A stretch of 62,881 nt of DNA, filler included, from Reclinomonas americana ATCC 50394 (taxonomy: Eukaryota): NCBI GenBank assembly GCA_048213135.1. It is 4 parts of 2 records of this genome, joined end to end, with 100 filler letters (N's around TTAATTAATTAA, not from the genome) between each part and the next. Parts side by side here need not be neighbours in the genome. Positions count along the whole stretch, not along the records: positions 13,147 to 31,815 come from PS015385.1; 3 more parts are not named here. One strand, written 5' to 3'. The translations under genes were made by a program, and so were the position numbers. The number at the start of each line of letters is the position of its first letter. The first letter of the stretch is position 1. Below the pieces are notes generated by a model that worked only from the letters and a program-made list of their open reading frames with translations, did no database searches and was not told where the DNA came from. Below, one piece after another: positions 13,147 through 24,300 of the stretch.

Positions 13147-13491
13147 TGATGAACCGTTATCACAAAAGCACGGATGAGAAGCACTCACTCACCGCACAAG
13201 AACGCGCAAGTCCTCTTGCTTTCGCACCGCATCGTTCCTGTGCATTCATATCGAGTTTGAACGGATTTGCACTCATCGCGAATAGCAGCATCACATACAC
13301 ACACACCTGAGCTTCTGCACGATCTCCTTGACTTGGTCAATGGAGTGTGTCTGCGCACGTGAGAGAGAGAGCGCGCGCAAGTCAGTGAATGCACTGACAC
13401 GTGTGCATCTCTCCTCTCCTTCTCTCTCTCTCACTAGCGCACACACCTGGAAGAGCCGGTTGACATCGGCCTCACCAATAGCACCCGCCAT
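13147..13491 (-). CDS. COG1: COG complex subunit 1 (Vps51/COG1 N-terminal domain), 5' part
   Basis: Spliced MAGAIGEADVNRLFQ|THSIDQVKEIVQKLR|NDAVRKQEDLRVLV... matches the COG1 N-terminal pattern LF.th...I......r.....K.eeLR.lV. Confidence 0.72.
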
Positions 13492-13583
13492 GCGCCCCTC
13501 TCTCACAGTCACACACTCTCGCGAAGGAGAACACGTCACAGTGCAAATTGTCTCTCGCCCATCACTCGTCACACACACTCAGC

Positions 13584-14218
13584 ATGCACACACACACACA
13601 CCACAGACCAAGAAGGCTTGCCCTCTCCCTCACACCCCCTCTCCTCCTCGTCTTCATCCTCTCCTGCACACACACATTAGCTCATGTCAGTGACCTCATC
13701 GACGACAACGAGCTGCGTCGCACACAGTTTGGCGACACGGCCGCCGCCGCCACGTCGACATCGACCTCCGTGCCGGCGACACCAACAGGCGCAGTGACTC
13801 TGGGCTCGATTGTTCGATTTGCATTGCAGCTCTTGTTCCGCGCGTCGACCTTGCTGCTGCCCGCGCTCTTCTTTGCATTCTCGGCGGGAAAGCTGTCGCG
13901 ACGATGGAGATACCCCACGACTTCACTGTTACGCGACCACCAACAATGTCTTGGAACAGAACGTGCAAGTTGTCTCACACATACAGGTGGCATGCGCGCA
14001 GAGTGACGGCGCTGTTTGTGGGATCGTGGTTCTGGCACGAGGTGCACGTGGTGACAAGCGTGTTGCTGCTGCTGTTGGCCTTTGTGCTGATCTTCATCTC
14101 GGTGTCGGTGTGTCGGCGAACGGGGCGGTGGGAGGTGCGACTCATGGTGTTTGTGCCGATGCTGTCGATTCTCTTTTGCGTTGTGTTCTTCCTCATTGGG
14201 CCGGCGGCGGCGCAATGA
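13584..14218 (+). CDS. small multi-pass membrane protein, unknown function
   Basis: Hydrophobic segments IVRFALQLLFRASTLLLPALFFAFSA, VVTSVLLLLLAFVLIFISVSV and LMVFVPMLSILFCVVFFLIG. Intron 13928-13987 joins the two ORFs. Start uncertain. Confidence 0.6.
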
Positions 14219-14338
14219 TGGCAGCAAGCGCGCTGCGTGTCGCCGTCCTTTCCCTTTTCCCTCTCCTTCCTCCTCCTTGTCAGAGACAGTCAATGATGCT
14301 GTGAAATGTGGTGAAAAAATGCGACGAGGCTGGTGCTT

Positions 14339-17300
14339 TTACTTTATTGCCGAGACGCGCATGCCGAGTGACTTGACGACGTGCAGCTGCGGGAAGTCCA
14401 GCTTGTGCACATACGCCGGCATTCTCCCACGCGCATGCTCCGTCAAGCGCCGTGTCCGTTCCGCTGTCGCGCACCCAGCAGTGAGTGTGAGATACGAACG
14501 CGGTTCGGAAACGCAGAAGAACAACGCAACCAACAGCCGACATCGCTATGGCCACCAGTCCTTCTACACCGTCGTCGTCGTCATCGCCACCGTTGCTGCC
14601 GTCGTGATGCTCTTCGTCACCATTCAGCTCTGGCTTGTCGCTGTCCTCGACGGTGATATCGAGAATGCTGAGTGTGGTATCGTCGAGACTCTTGTGCGGT
14701 TGCGGCGATACGGCGTCGGACGCCAGTCGTGCTTGCGCAGACTCGGCCTCGAGCGATATCACCACGCTCTCGGCGGCCAGCGCGCGTCGATTCTTGTTCA
14801 AAACCATTTCACACTCGTCGACAATGAGCATTGCATCCGCGCTCTCTGCACTCGCTGCGTCAGAAAACCGACTGCAGCACGAGGTGACTCCATATTCCAC
14901 ACACACGCAACTGAGTCGCACGAGCTCACTAAACAGCTGCTTGCACAGCATCTTCCCACTGTCCACCTCTAATCCGAGTTTCTCCAACACCGGCAGCGTC
15001 GTGGCAACCAACTCCGACGCTCGCGCATAGTCACCCTGGTCCAGCGTGCACTTGGTCAACCACACCAAAGACATGAGCGTCTTGGGGTCGCGAGGCCCCA
15101 GTCGCGCCGTGTAGCCGTCGACGCACTGCAGTATGCCAATATTAACAATCCGCCGTTTCGCTCTCTCTCCCCCTTTGATGCGCACACACTAACCATTTGC
15201 AACAGGCGACCGGCGCGCAGCAGCGCGGGTGGGTTGCCGGTGGCCTGCCGCTTCGACGCCGTCATGTCGGCCGAGCGCACCAAGGAGATGCCGGCGTCGG
15301 CGAGCATGGCCAGTGTTTCGGGGTGGTGCTTGCCGAGCAACTTGGTGGAGATCTCGTAACACTCGCGTCGCAGTGCGTTGGCCTCTTGGTGCCGGTCCGG
15401 CAGCGGCGCGAGGATTTGCACCAATCCGTGCAGCATGCGCAATGCACCGATGCGTCGCGGCGCCACCTCGCGCATATACACGTCGATGGCCTCCCTGTGC
15501 CATACCACGAACAGCGATGAGGAGGAGCAAAATAGACCCAAGATGTCAACACAAAGACACACACACACCTCATCATGGTCTCTCCCTGCTGCACATTGCC
15601 GAGCGCGGCCACCACCAGCGCCAGCGTGCTCCACAGCAAACTGAGGTCTGGATGACCGGCTCGAAGCCGGTCACGCGCCCGCACCTGCTGCACGGTGGCC
15701 ACCAGCAACGATTCGGCCTCCTGCAACCGTCCCTGCACCAGCAGCACTTCGCCGAGGGAGCTGAACGAGGCGAGGGTGTCGGGGTGATCGATGGACAGCG
15801 CCAGCGCAAAGCCATCGGTGCACTCGCGAAATAGGGCCTCGGCCTCCGTTAGTCGCTCCATGCGCCACGCCGCCGTGCCGAGAAGGCGTTTCGCACGCAG
15901 TGTCAGCGGATGCCTCCTGCCCATCAGGCCCTCGAGTGTGGTGGCCGTGGTACGTAGCAATCTGTGTGCCTCCGCGTAATCACCGTTGCACAGCAGGCCC
16001 AGGCCCAGCGACACGCGCATCTCCAGCACGGCCGGATGCTGCTCGCTCAGTGCCACACCTCGTGAATCGATCTGCATGGCGCACTCGGAGACAGCATCGA
16101 GAATGTGCTTGGCTTTGGAGGCCAGCAGGCACTTGCACAGCGTGCACGTGTAGATCACGCTGGCCAAGTGTGTCGGCAGTAGTGGCGACCGCAACGCCGT
16201 CTCCGCCATTCGCAACGCCTCCTCGTAAAAGCCCTGCAGCGCAAGCGTGGTGGCCAGATGCGCCGTCGTCGCTGCCGTGGCTTCGTGTCGCACGCCGAGC
16301 AGCGCGCACGACTCTTGCCAGCACCACCGATGCGCCTCCTCTGCGTCGTTGAGATTGCCGAGCCAGGCCATGGTGCACGCCAGACCGTCGATCGAGGGCA
16401 ACAGCAGCACATGCTGCGACGACACCGACGCCTTGATGTTGCCCTTTTCGAGGCATTCGCGCTCCATCAACTGCGCTCGTCGGTAAAAGCCCGCCTCCTG
16501 CAGCGTGCACGAGTAGTGGTGATGCGCACGCAGCGTCTCCGGGTGAGCGCGACCAAGCATCCGATGCTCCTGCATCGACTGCACGGTGGCCCGATGGCCC
16601 TGCAGAGCGAGGCGCGTGTGTCCCAACGCGGCATGCACCCGCACCAGAAAGTCCATGGCCGTCAGCGTCAGCATCGAATCGGGAATCCACCGACGCCGCA
16701 ACGCCAGCGCTCGTCGGGAATCGTATAACGCGTCCGCCAACCGCCCCTCCCGCAAGTGCGTCACCGCACAATCGGCTCGCTGATCAGCGTTCTTCATCGC
16801 CGTGCCACGTGCAAACAATCGATCCTCTAACGACACGGCATGAGAACACGGCACCCCAACACAAACACACACACGCACACAAGCACAGCGCAACGATCGT
16901 CATACTGCGCCCATCCACACGGATCGGGCGCCAGTCGATCCACCTCCACGAGCTCTTCACGCACAACTGAATGAGCACAGACAGAACAAACACACACGCA
17001 GCGAACTGCACATCGAATCCACCTGCACTCCACAACGCTCCATCGCCCTCCACCAGCACACTCTCCGCCTCCAACGTACTACGCCGCACACGCTCCTCCA
17101 TAGCTACGCAAACGACAACGCAATCAGCACCTGTGCACACTCACACGCAGCCAATCTACGCACAATGCCGCGTGCGCACACATCGCGGTGCCGCGGTCCT
17201 CGCCGACCGACGAAACACCACTGGCGCCACTCCATTGACCACCTCGGTGGCCGCAGTCACCAGCGCAGCTGTGCCCTCAGAGCCCAGCGACGATGATTCA

Positions 17301-17593
17301 CCATGCTCCTCGTCATCCTCATCAGAGGACGACGAGAGCGACACTGGCGAGTGTGATCGCGCCAGACTCGGCGAGAGAGAGTCCAGTGCGGCCACGACTG
17401 CGGTGGCACCGACTCCGTTGGGAGGGCGGCGGTGGCGGCGAATGACTCCACCGCGCATTGACTCGGGTGAGGTGTCCTCGTGTGGAGGAGCAGGAGGAGG
17501 CGGAGGAGGAGAGAGAGGCGCAGGCACTGTGTGCAAGTGCGGCGGTAGTGCGAGTGAGGCGCGTCGGGCACTGCCTGACTGCACACCACCCAT
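14339..17593 (-). CDS. TPR-repeat protein (kinesin-light-chain/NPHP3-like TPR_12 repeats) with a possible N-myristoylation motif
   Basis: Repeated LGxxHPxTL helical-hairpin motifs (GRAHPETLRA, GRRHPLTLRA, SIDHPDTLAS, GKHHPETLA, GPRDPKTL) in ORF 15262-16893 and flanking exons. The N-terminus is MGGVQS; the last exon ends ...MRVSAIK*. Confidence 0.8.
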
Positions 17594-17759
17594 GTTTGTC
17601 AAAGTGCAACGACTGACACAGAGGACACTGTGTGAAGTTAAAGAGAAGATGCCAAGTCGCGCAGAGGAGTCGGCCTTGCGCTCTGTGCTGCAGCGCTTGT
17701 TGCGTTCTCTCTCTCGTGTGCTCTCTCTATGCTTGTCTGTCTCATTCTGTTTGTGCAGC

Positions 17760-19310
17760 ATGTCGGGCGGGTATCAACGAACGGCGGAGGAGTCCGAGGT
17801 GCAGGCGGAGAGTGCGCGCGCGGGGTTTACGCGGGCTCTGGCTGGCACTGTGGGCACCACTGCTGCAGTGATGGGTCTTGGTGAGTGTGTGATTCCCTGC
17901 CCTCATAGGCACAGGCGCGCTGAGTGAGAGAGNNNNNNNNNNNNNNNNNNNNNNNNNNNNNNNNNNNNNNNNNNNNNNNNNNNNNNNNNNNNNNNNNNNN
18001 NNNNNNNNNNNNNNNNNNNNNNNNNNNNNNNNNNNNNNNNNNNNNNNNNNNNNNNNNNNNNNNNNNNNNNNNNNNNNNNNNNNNNNNNNNNNNNNNNNNN
18101 NNNNNNNNNNNNNNNNNNNNNNNNNNNNNNNNNNNNNNNNNNNNNNNNNNNNNNNNNNNNNNNNNNNNNNNNNNNNNNNNNNNNNNNNNNNNNNNNNNNN
18201 NNNNNNNNNNNNNNNNNNNNNNNNNNNNNNNNNNNNNNNNNNNNNNNNNNNNNNNNNNNNNNNNNNNNNNNNNNNNNNNNNNNNNNNNNNNNNNNNNNNN
18301 NNNNNNNNNNNNATGCGTGCAGGGCGGTATGCGCGACGAGTGGGATGGACCAATGTGCGCTCGTTGCAGTGGGCCACTCTGTTTGGTGTGTGTGTGTGTC
18401 TCACACTTGCTCTTTGTTAGTGTGTGACTCGCTCACACTGTGTTGGTCTCAGCGGGCGGCTATGCAACGATTTCGTGGGCGACAAGTGCGGCCTCGGATC
18501 GTGCACTGCGCGGGTTCTTGGCCTTGTCGACCTCGCCAGTCAAAGACGCGCTGCGTGTGGCGTTGCGTCCTCTCTCTCTCTCTTGCCACACACCCTCTCT
18601 CTCTCTCTTCTCATGCGCGGGAGATCGCAGGCTGTACCATGCAGACCCCAAATCGCCGTACCTTGCCGACAGTGTCGGCTTCTTGCAAGACATGAGAGAG
18701 CAGGGCACGCGAGAGACGATGTTGGGCAGTGGAGTGGAGGGTGCTGGACTGCCGCCTGCACCACCGCCGCCGCCGCCGACCAACATGCGCGTCAGAGGTG
18801 GATCGATCGAGTTGCTTGAGCTTGGTTGCGCAATGATGTTTCTCACAGGGTGTGTGCGCAGGTAGCACACCGCCGATGGCGTCGCCCATGCGTCCTCCGT
18901 CGGCATCATCCACGCAGGCGACAATGCCGCCGCCCAATGCAATCGACGATGACTTTGAATCGCAGCCGCCACCGGCTGCCGCGTCGGCCGCTCGCTACGG
19001 TCGCTCCCGGTCGTCGGTAACGCCTGCTGCTCGTGCTGATGTGGATGAGGATGCGTATGCGGTGGCGGCGTCGGCCGAAGACGAGCGGGTCGAGAGACGT
19101 CGAGCGGCGGCCGAGGACTTTGCACCACGGAACGCAAACGTGTCACCGCCATCATCGTCATCATCTTCGTCGTCGTCGTCGCGCAGTACACCGCCCTCGG
19201 TATGGCCGTCCGACTTGGAACGGCGCCACGAACATCTTCGTGAGGAACGATTGCGGCAGCGGCTGCAGCAACAAGAAAGGGGTGGAGGCGGCACGACGAG
19301 TGACGCATGA
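17760..19310 (+). CDS. hypothetical protein with an N-terminal hydrophobic segment and a Pro/Ser-rich tail (interrupted by a gap)
   Basis: MSGGYQRTAEESEVQAESARAGFTRALAGTVGTTAAVMGL|..., then frame-compatible GT-AG exons (..KDALRVA|LYHADPK..) running to TGA at 19308-19310. Confidence 0.55.
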
Positions 19311-19368
19311 TGATGACAGAGGGAGTCATTCACTAGGCTTTCGTGATATGAAGTGTGCATCGCCGTCC

Positions 19369-20737
19369 TTACAGACTCTTGATGATCTCCACAAACTTTT
19401 CCGCACTCTGAGTGGGAGGGAAAGAAGCGCAATGAGTGGTGGGTGCGAGAGAGAGGGAGCAGCACACAGAACGCACCGGAGTGGCCGAGGCCGGGTTCTG
19501 ACCGGTCACCAGGCGATCCCTGCAATGGAGGAGTGAGCAAAAGATTATGAGTGCCATAGTAACTAGAGGTGCACGCAACGTGAAGGCCACATGCGCGCCC
19601 CACTTCTCCGGAGCTGCAATTGGCGACAACTGTGGTGTGAGAATGATACTCAGCGACGCGAGGGCGCGCAACAGAGTGCCGCACCACACGAAAAGTTGGC
19701 TCCGAGGTCGCGCAGACGCGTCTCCAGCGGGAACGGCTGTGTGGCGACGAAGCGTGAGGGGGAGGAGGAGAAGGTGGTGGGAAGGAGGATGAGCAGCTGC
19801 GTACCATGGCGTCCGTCAATCCCACGGCATCCTCCTCGGCGTTGGTGAACGCGGTGACGTTCTTGCCTATAACAACGGCGAGGAAGTGAGTGACACAGGC
19901 GGCGGAGCTCCTACGCGTGCATCCACGCACCCTTCACCAGCGGATCGCCATTGGAGAGGCGCACGTCCACCAGTCCGACCGGTCCATGGCACACGGCACC
20001 GCTACAATCACGTCAGCGCACGAGGGAACAACGAGAAGAGGGAACGGCGCAGAAACGCAACACAGCCTTGCCCTGTAAGAAACGCGGGATGAGCAGCAGA
20101 AACACAAAGGGGTGAACGAGCTGTGTCGTAGTCAACGCACCGCCTCGTACATGCGTGCGGTAAACTCGGCCACCGGCACGTTTCCGGGCATGTCATACAT
20201 GGGCCCGTGACCGCCAGCAAAGTAGATTCCCGCGAACTCGCCCACCTCCAGGTCCTGGAGGCGGTGCGTGCTGGTGCTGACTGCATTCATGGTGGCCTCG
20301 TCGGCGAGGAACGCCTTGCAGATTTCATCGTTCTTGAAGTTCTCGACAGATCCCTGATCGACAGGCGCCACACCGCCGAGCGGGCTGGCAAAGACCACCT
20401 CGAAGCCGTTCTCGCGGAACACCTGTGTGTGTGTGTGTGTGTGCGTGAGAGTGGAGGCGAGAGACTGACGCAGGGCGCTGTGCGACGTACGTGGAACGGA
20501 TGCGCGACTTCCGGCTGAGGGTGAGAAAAGGGGAGAGAGAGCGTGTGTGTGAGCATGTGAGGATACAGAGGAGAGAGATAGTGGATGACGCACGAGGTAC
20601 CAGCCGGTCTTCTTGCCAGTGTTGCCGAGGTCACTGTGCAGAGTGTGTGTGAGAGAGGAGAGATTCTCTGTAACATGTGTGCGTGTGCGAGTGAGATACC
20701 CGTGGTTGGTGACGACGAGGATAATGCGTTGAGCCAT
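19369..20737 (-). CDS. DJ-1/PfpI superfamily, Hsp31/glyoxalase III-like protein
   Basis: Spliced MAQRIILVVTNHG|DLGNTGKKTGWYL|PEVAHPFH|VFRENGFEVVFASPLGG..GIYFAGGHGPMYD..|GKAV|GAVCHGP..|VTAFTNAEE..|PFPLETRL..|..DRLVTGQNPAS. The catalytic Glu and the Cys-His-Gly elbow are present. Confidence 0.93.
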
Positions 20738-20939
20738 GGCGTCGAGGAACGAAAAGATAAAGTCGGGGTATCGGAGTTTTGTCGAAATTGCGATCAACCA
20801 AACGCTGCAAGTTTTTCGCGGTTGCGGGGGACTGCTGCGGATCAGCGGGATAGGGAATCATAAAGGTAGTGTCCGAGCACCGTGGGCAGAAGGACTTTCG
20901 AGTTCGACATCGTGATCAATCGCTGCAGTGCTGCTGTTC

Positions 20940-20965
20940 GAATTCGAATTAATTAATTCGAATTC
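20940..20965. repeat. perfect 26-bp palindrome GAATTCGAATTAATTAATTCGAATTC in a divergent intergenic region
   Basis: The sequence equals its own reverse complement. Confidence 0.9.
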
Positions 20966-21325
20966 CACAGATTGGGGCAGATCGATCCAGATCGTCAAGC
21001 AGCAGACGGCACTTTTACTTCCGTATAAGTTGGGCAGCGATCCTCTTTTCACCGCCTGAGAACTCGGAACCGGAACCGGAACGAACTCGAATTCGAATTC
21101 AAAAATATTGGTGCCAAAACGGTTCCATAATTGTAAGCACGTCTTCGCCGCAGCAAAATAGCCGCAACTCCCTTCCATCCTGCTGCATGCACGTGGTTTT
21201 GCCGACATCGAAAACTCTGCTCTGAAAATTCGCACTCCATTCATTTGGCGCGAGTTTGTAACGGTCGGCACAATCTTCCCCTCACTCNNNNNNNNNNNNN
21301 NNNNNNNNNNNNNNNNNNNNNNNNN

Positions 21326-24300
21326 ACTGGCCGGTTCCACGCTGCTCACCATTCGCGGCGTCTCTTTCAGCGACAACCGATTCTCCACCGCCAATGAAGT
21401 GTGGATTGGCGGCGTGCCGTGCATTCTGCAACAGCAGTACACCTCGAGCACCATGCTGGTGTGCTCGACGCCGGCCTTTGCCGACTCGGTCGACAGCAAA
21501 CCCCAGGTGGTCACGGTGCGCGTCAACAAGCAGACGTACGCCACATGCGACGTGACGGGCGGCAGTGCAGCCTGCCTCTTCACCCCACGCTTCCGTGTCA
21601 CCCCGATCGTGTACGAGATCTACCCTTCGGCGGCGGTGCCGGGCGACACGGTGCAGTTCCGCGCACGCGCCTTCACCGACTCACTGGCCGACATTCAGCT
21701 GCTGACGCTCGGCGGCGAGCGGTGCTTGCCGGTCAGCGAAACCTCGACGCAATCGTTCCCGCTGCGCTGGGGCTTCAACAGTCGCGACTACTCTTACACG
21801 CCACTGTCGGCGCTGCCCGACAACCTCCTGCAGTATGCCGACGCCTCTCCCATGTGCATGACTCCCGATCAGGCGGGTGGCCGTGTGGATGTGGCGCTCG
21901 CCATTGCTGGTCGCGGTATGGCGTCGCTGGCCTCCTCGGCCATTCGTTACGGCTCCGGCAATGTCGCCTTTTCGTTTGCATCGGGTTTGTGCACCACGAC
22001 CTCAACCACCCCTTGCTGTGATTTCTCTGGCCTCCTGACTTGTTGTGTGTCTCTCTCTCAGTTCCCGAAGTCCGCTCGGTGACACCGGCGACTGGCGGCG
22101 ACCTCGGCGGCACTCTGCTCACCGTGCAGGGCGTCGGGTTCACGCCGACGGGCGCCAATATGGCCGTCGATGTGTCGGGCTCGCCTTGCGATATTGTCAG
22201 CGTCAGTGACACGACGCTGGTGTGCCGCACTGGCGCCGCCTCGCAGATGATCACGTCGATCGAGGGTCGCTACATGTCGGGTCGCGGCTTCCTGCGCGAG
22301 GTGTGGACCAACATCCCCGGCAAGTCGGTGGCCGACTTGCGCGCAGCAGCCTCCTTCGTTGCCGGCACTCCCAACACTATCGAATACGTTCTCGATCAGC
22401 TGCGCGCGGAGCCGCGTATCGATGCCACCGACAACAAGAATTACGGCCAGCGTATGACAGGGTTCTTCACGAGCCAGGCCACCGGCTTGCACCAGTTCAT
22501 TCTCACCGGCGACGACAGTGCCGAGTTGTGGATGAATGTGCAGGGTGCGTCGCCGTCGGGTGCCACGCTGGTGGCCTCGTTGACGGCGCCGGCCACCAGT
22601 CCGTGGGATCGCACCGACCAGGCATCGCAGCCGATTCAGCTCACCGCCGGGCAGCGGTACTGGATGCAGGTGTTGCACAAGCAGGATGCCAATGGCGACG
22701 GTTTCGTCCGGGTGCTTGTGCGCACACCGTCTAGCGTGCAGCTGCCGCGCAGTATCGCTGCCGTGCAGGAGGTCGCGCTCACCACGACGGTGGTGCGCGA
22801 GGTGCAGACGGTGACTGCCACGGGCGCGTCTGGCGGCACCTTCCAGCTGGCCCAGAACGACAANNNNNNNNNNNNNNNNNNNNNNNNNNNNNNNNNNNNN
22901 NNNNNNNNNNNNNNNNNNNNNNNNNNNNNNNNNNNNNNNNNNNNNNNNNNNNNNNNNNNNNNNNNNNNNNNNNNNNNNNNNNNNNNNNNNNNNNNNNNNN
23001 NNNNNNNNNNNNNNNNNNNNNNNNNNNNNNNNNNNNNNNNNNNNNNNNNNNNNNNNNNNNNNNNNNNNNNNNNNNNNNNNNNNNNNNNNNNNNNNNNGCC
23101 ACTGGCATTGAATGCAATCGGTCCCGACTCTGCATCAAGGCACGCGCACGTGAGATAGGTGGTCTCTCTTTCTTGTGGCATACACAACAGCTAGCTCGCA
23201 ACTCNNNNNNNNNNNNNNNNNNNNGCCGACGTGAAGACTGTGCTGGAGCGCGACTTCCCCGAGCTCGGCACCGTGTCGGTCGACAAGGACACCACCTCCA
23301 CACCCGGTTCCACCCTGTGGACCATCACTTTCGAGGATCCGCTGCCGCTGAACCTGCAAGAGCGAGCCATCTTCTCTCCCGTCACTGCCTCCCTCCTGCC
23401 GGCGCAAGCCACGGTGGGCGTGGTGCGCAACCGCCCGCCCTCCGCCCCCCTCGATGGCACCTGGTCACTGACGTTTGCCGGACGCACGCTGTCGGGACTG
23501 GCGCCAGGCGTCTCGGCCGCCATGCTCGAAGTGCAACTGGAACAATTCTACGCCGCCGATGTTGCATACAACGTGTCGGTGTCGCGCATCGGAAACGGTC
23601 TCGACAGTGCCACCTTCCGCATCACCTTCAACAACCTCACCGGCACTGTGCCACTCGTTGCCGTCACAAGCTCTCGTCTGACTGGTACCGACGCGGTGGG
23701 CGTGTCGCGCCCTGTCGTGTCGGCGTCGACCGACACGCTGACCACCATCAACGGTGACTTCATGGAGCTGGCGTACCAGGTGCCCAGTGTGCGTGTCCGC
23801 GTCAATGGCGTTCTCGGTGCCTGCCGCGGCTCCGCCAACTGTGCCTTCACGTACGACGCTGCGTTGACTCCACGAGTGGATCTCGTCCTCGGCAGCGATT
23901 CGGGAGCTGGTCAGGTTAGTCGGGAGAGAGAGAGAGCGAGAGCGCAAGTACTCGCTTTCGCACAAATCTCATCGTCGTCCCCCTTCACACAGTTGCTTGT
24001 TATTCGTGGCAACTTCAGTGCCCGACCCGCCGACAACCGCGTGGTCATTGATGGTGTCGACTGCGCCATGTCGTCGTCGACAGCCACCGAGCTGCAGTGC
24101 ACCACGGTGCAGTCGGGCGGTGGTCGGCATCTGATCAAGGTCTACGTGGCTCCATTCGGCCTCGCCTCTGGCCAGTTCTACTTCTCGTTCGCCCCTAGTA
24201 TCACCTCAGTCAGTCCGTCCGTTGGCGGTATGCTGGGCGGCACCGATGTGGTTATCCGCGGCAACGGGTTTGCTCGTTTGGCCGCGAACAATCTGGTCAC

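Noticed and set aside
20858..21287. Possible transposon or ncRNA in the DJ-1/fibrocystin spacer
   Set aside because: No transposase, terminal repeats with target duplication, or recognisable RNA family. Only the palindrome is retained.
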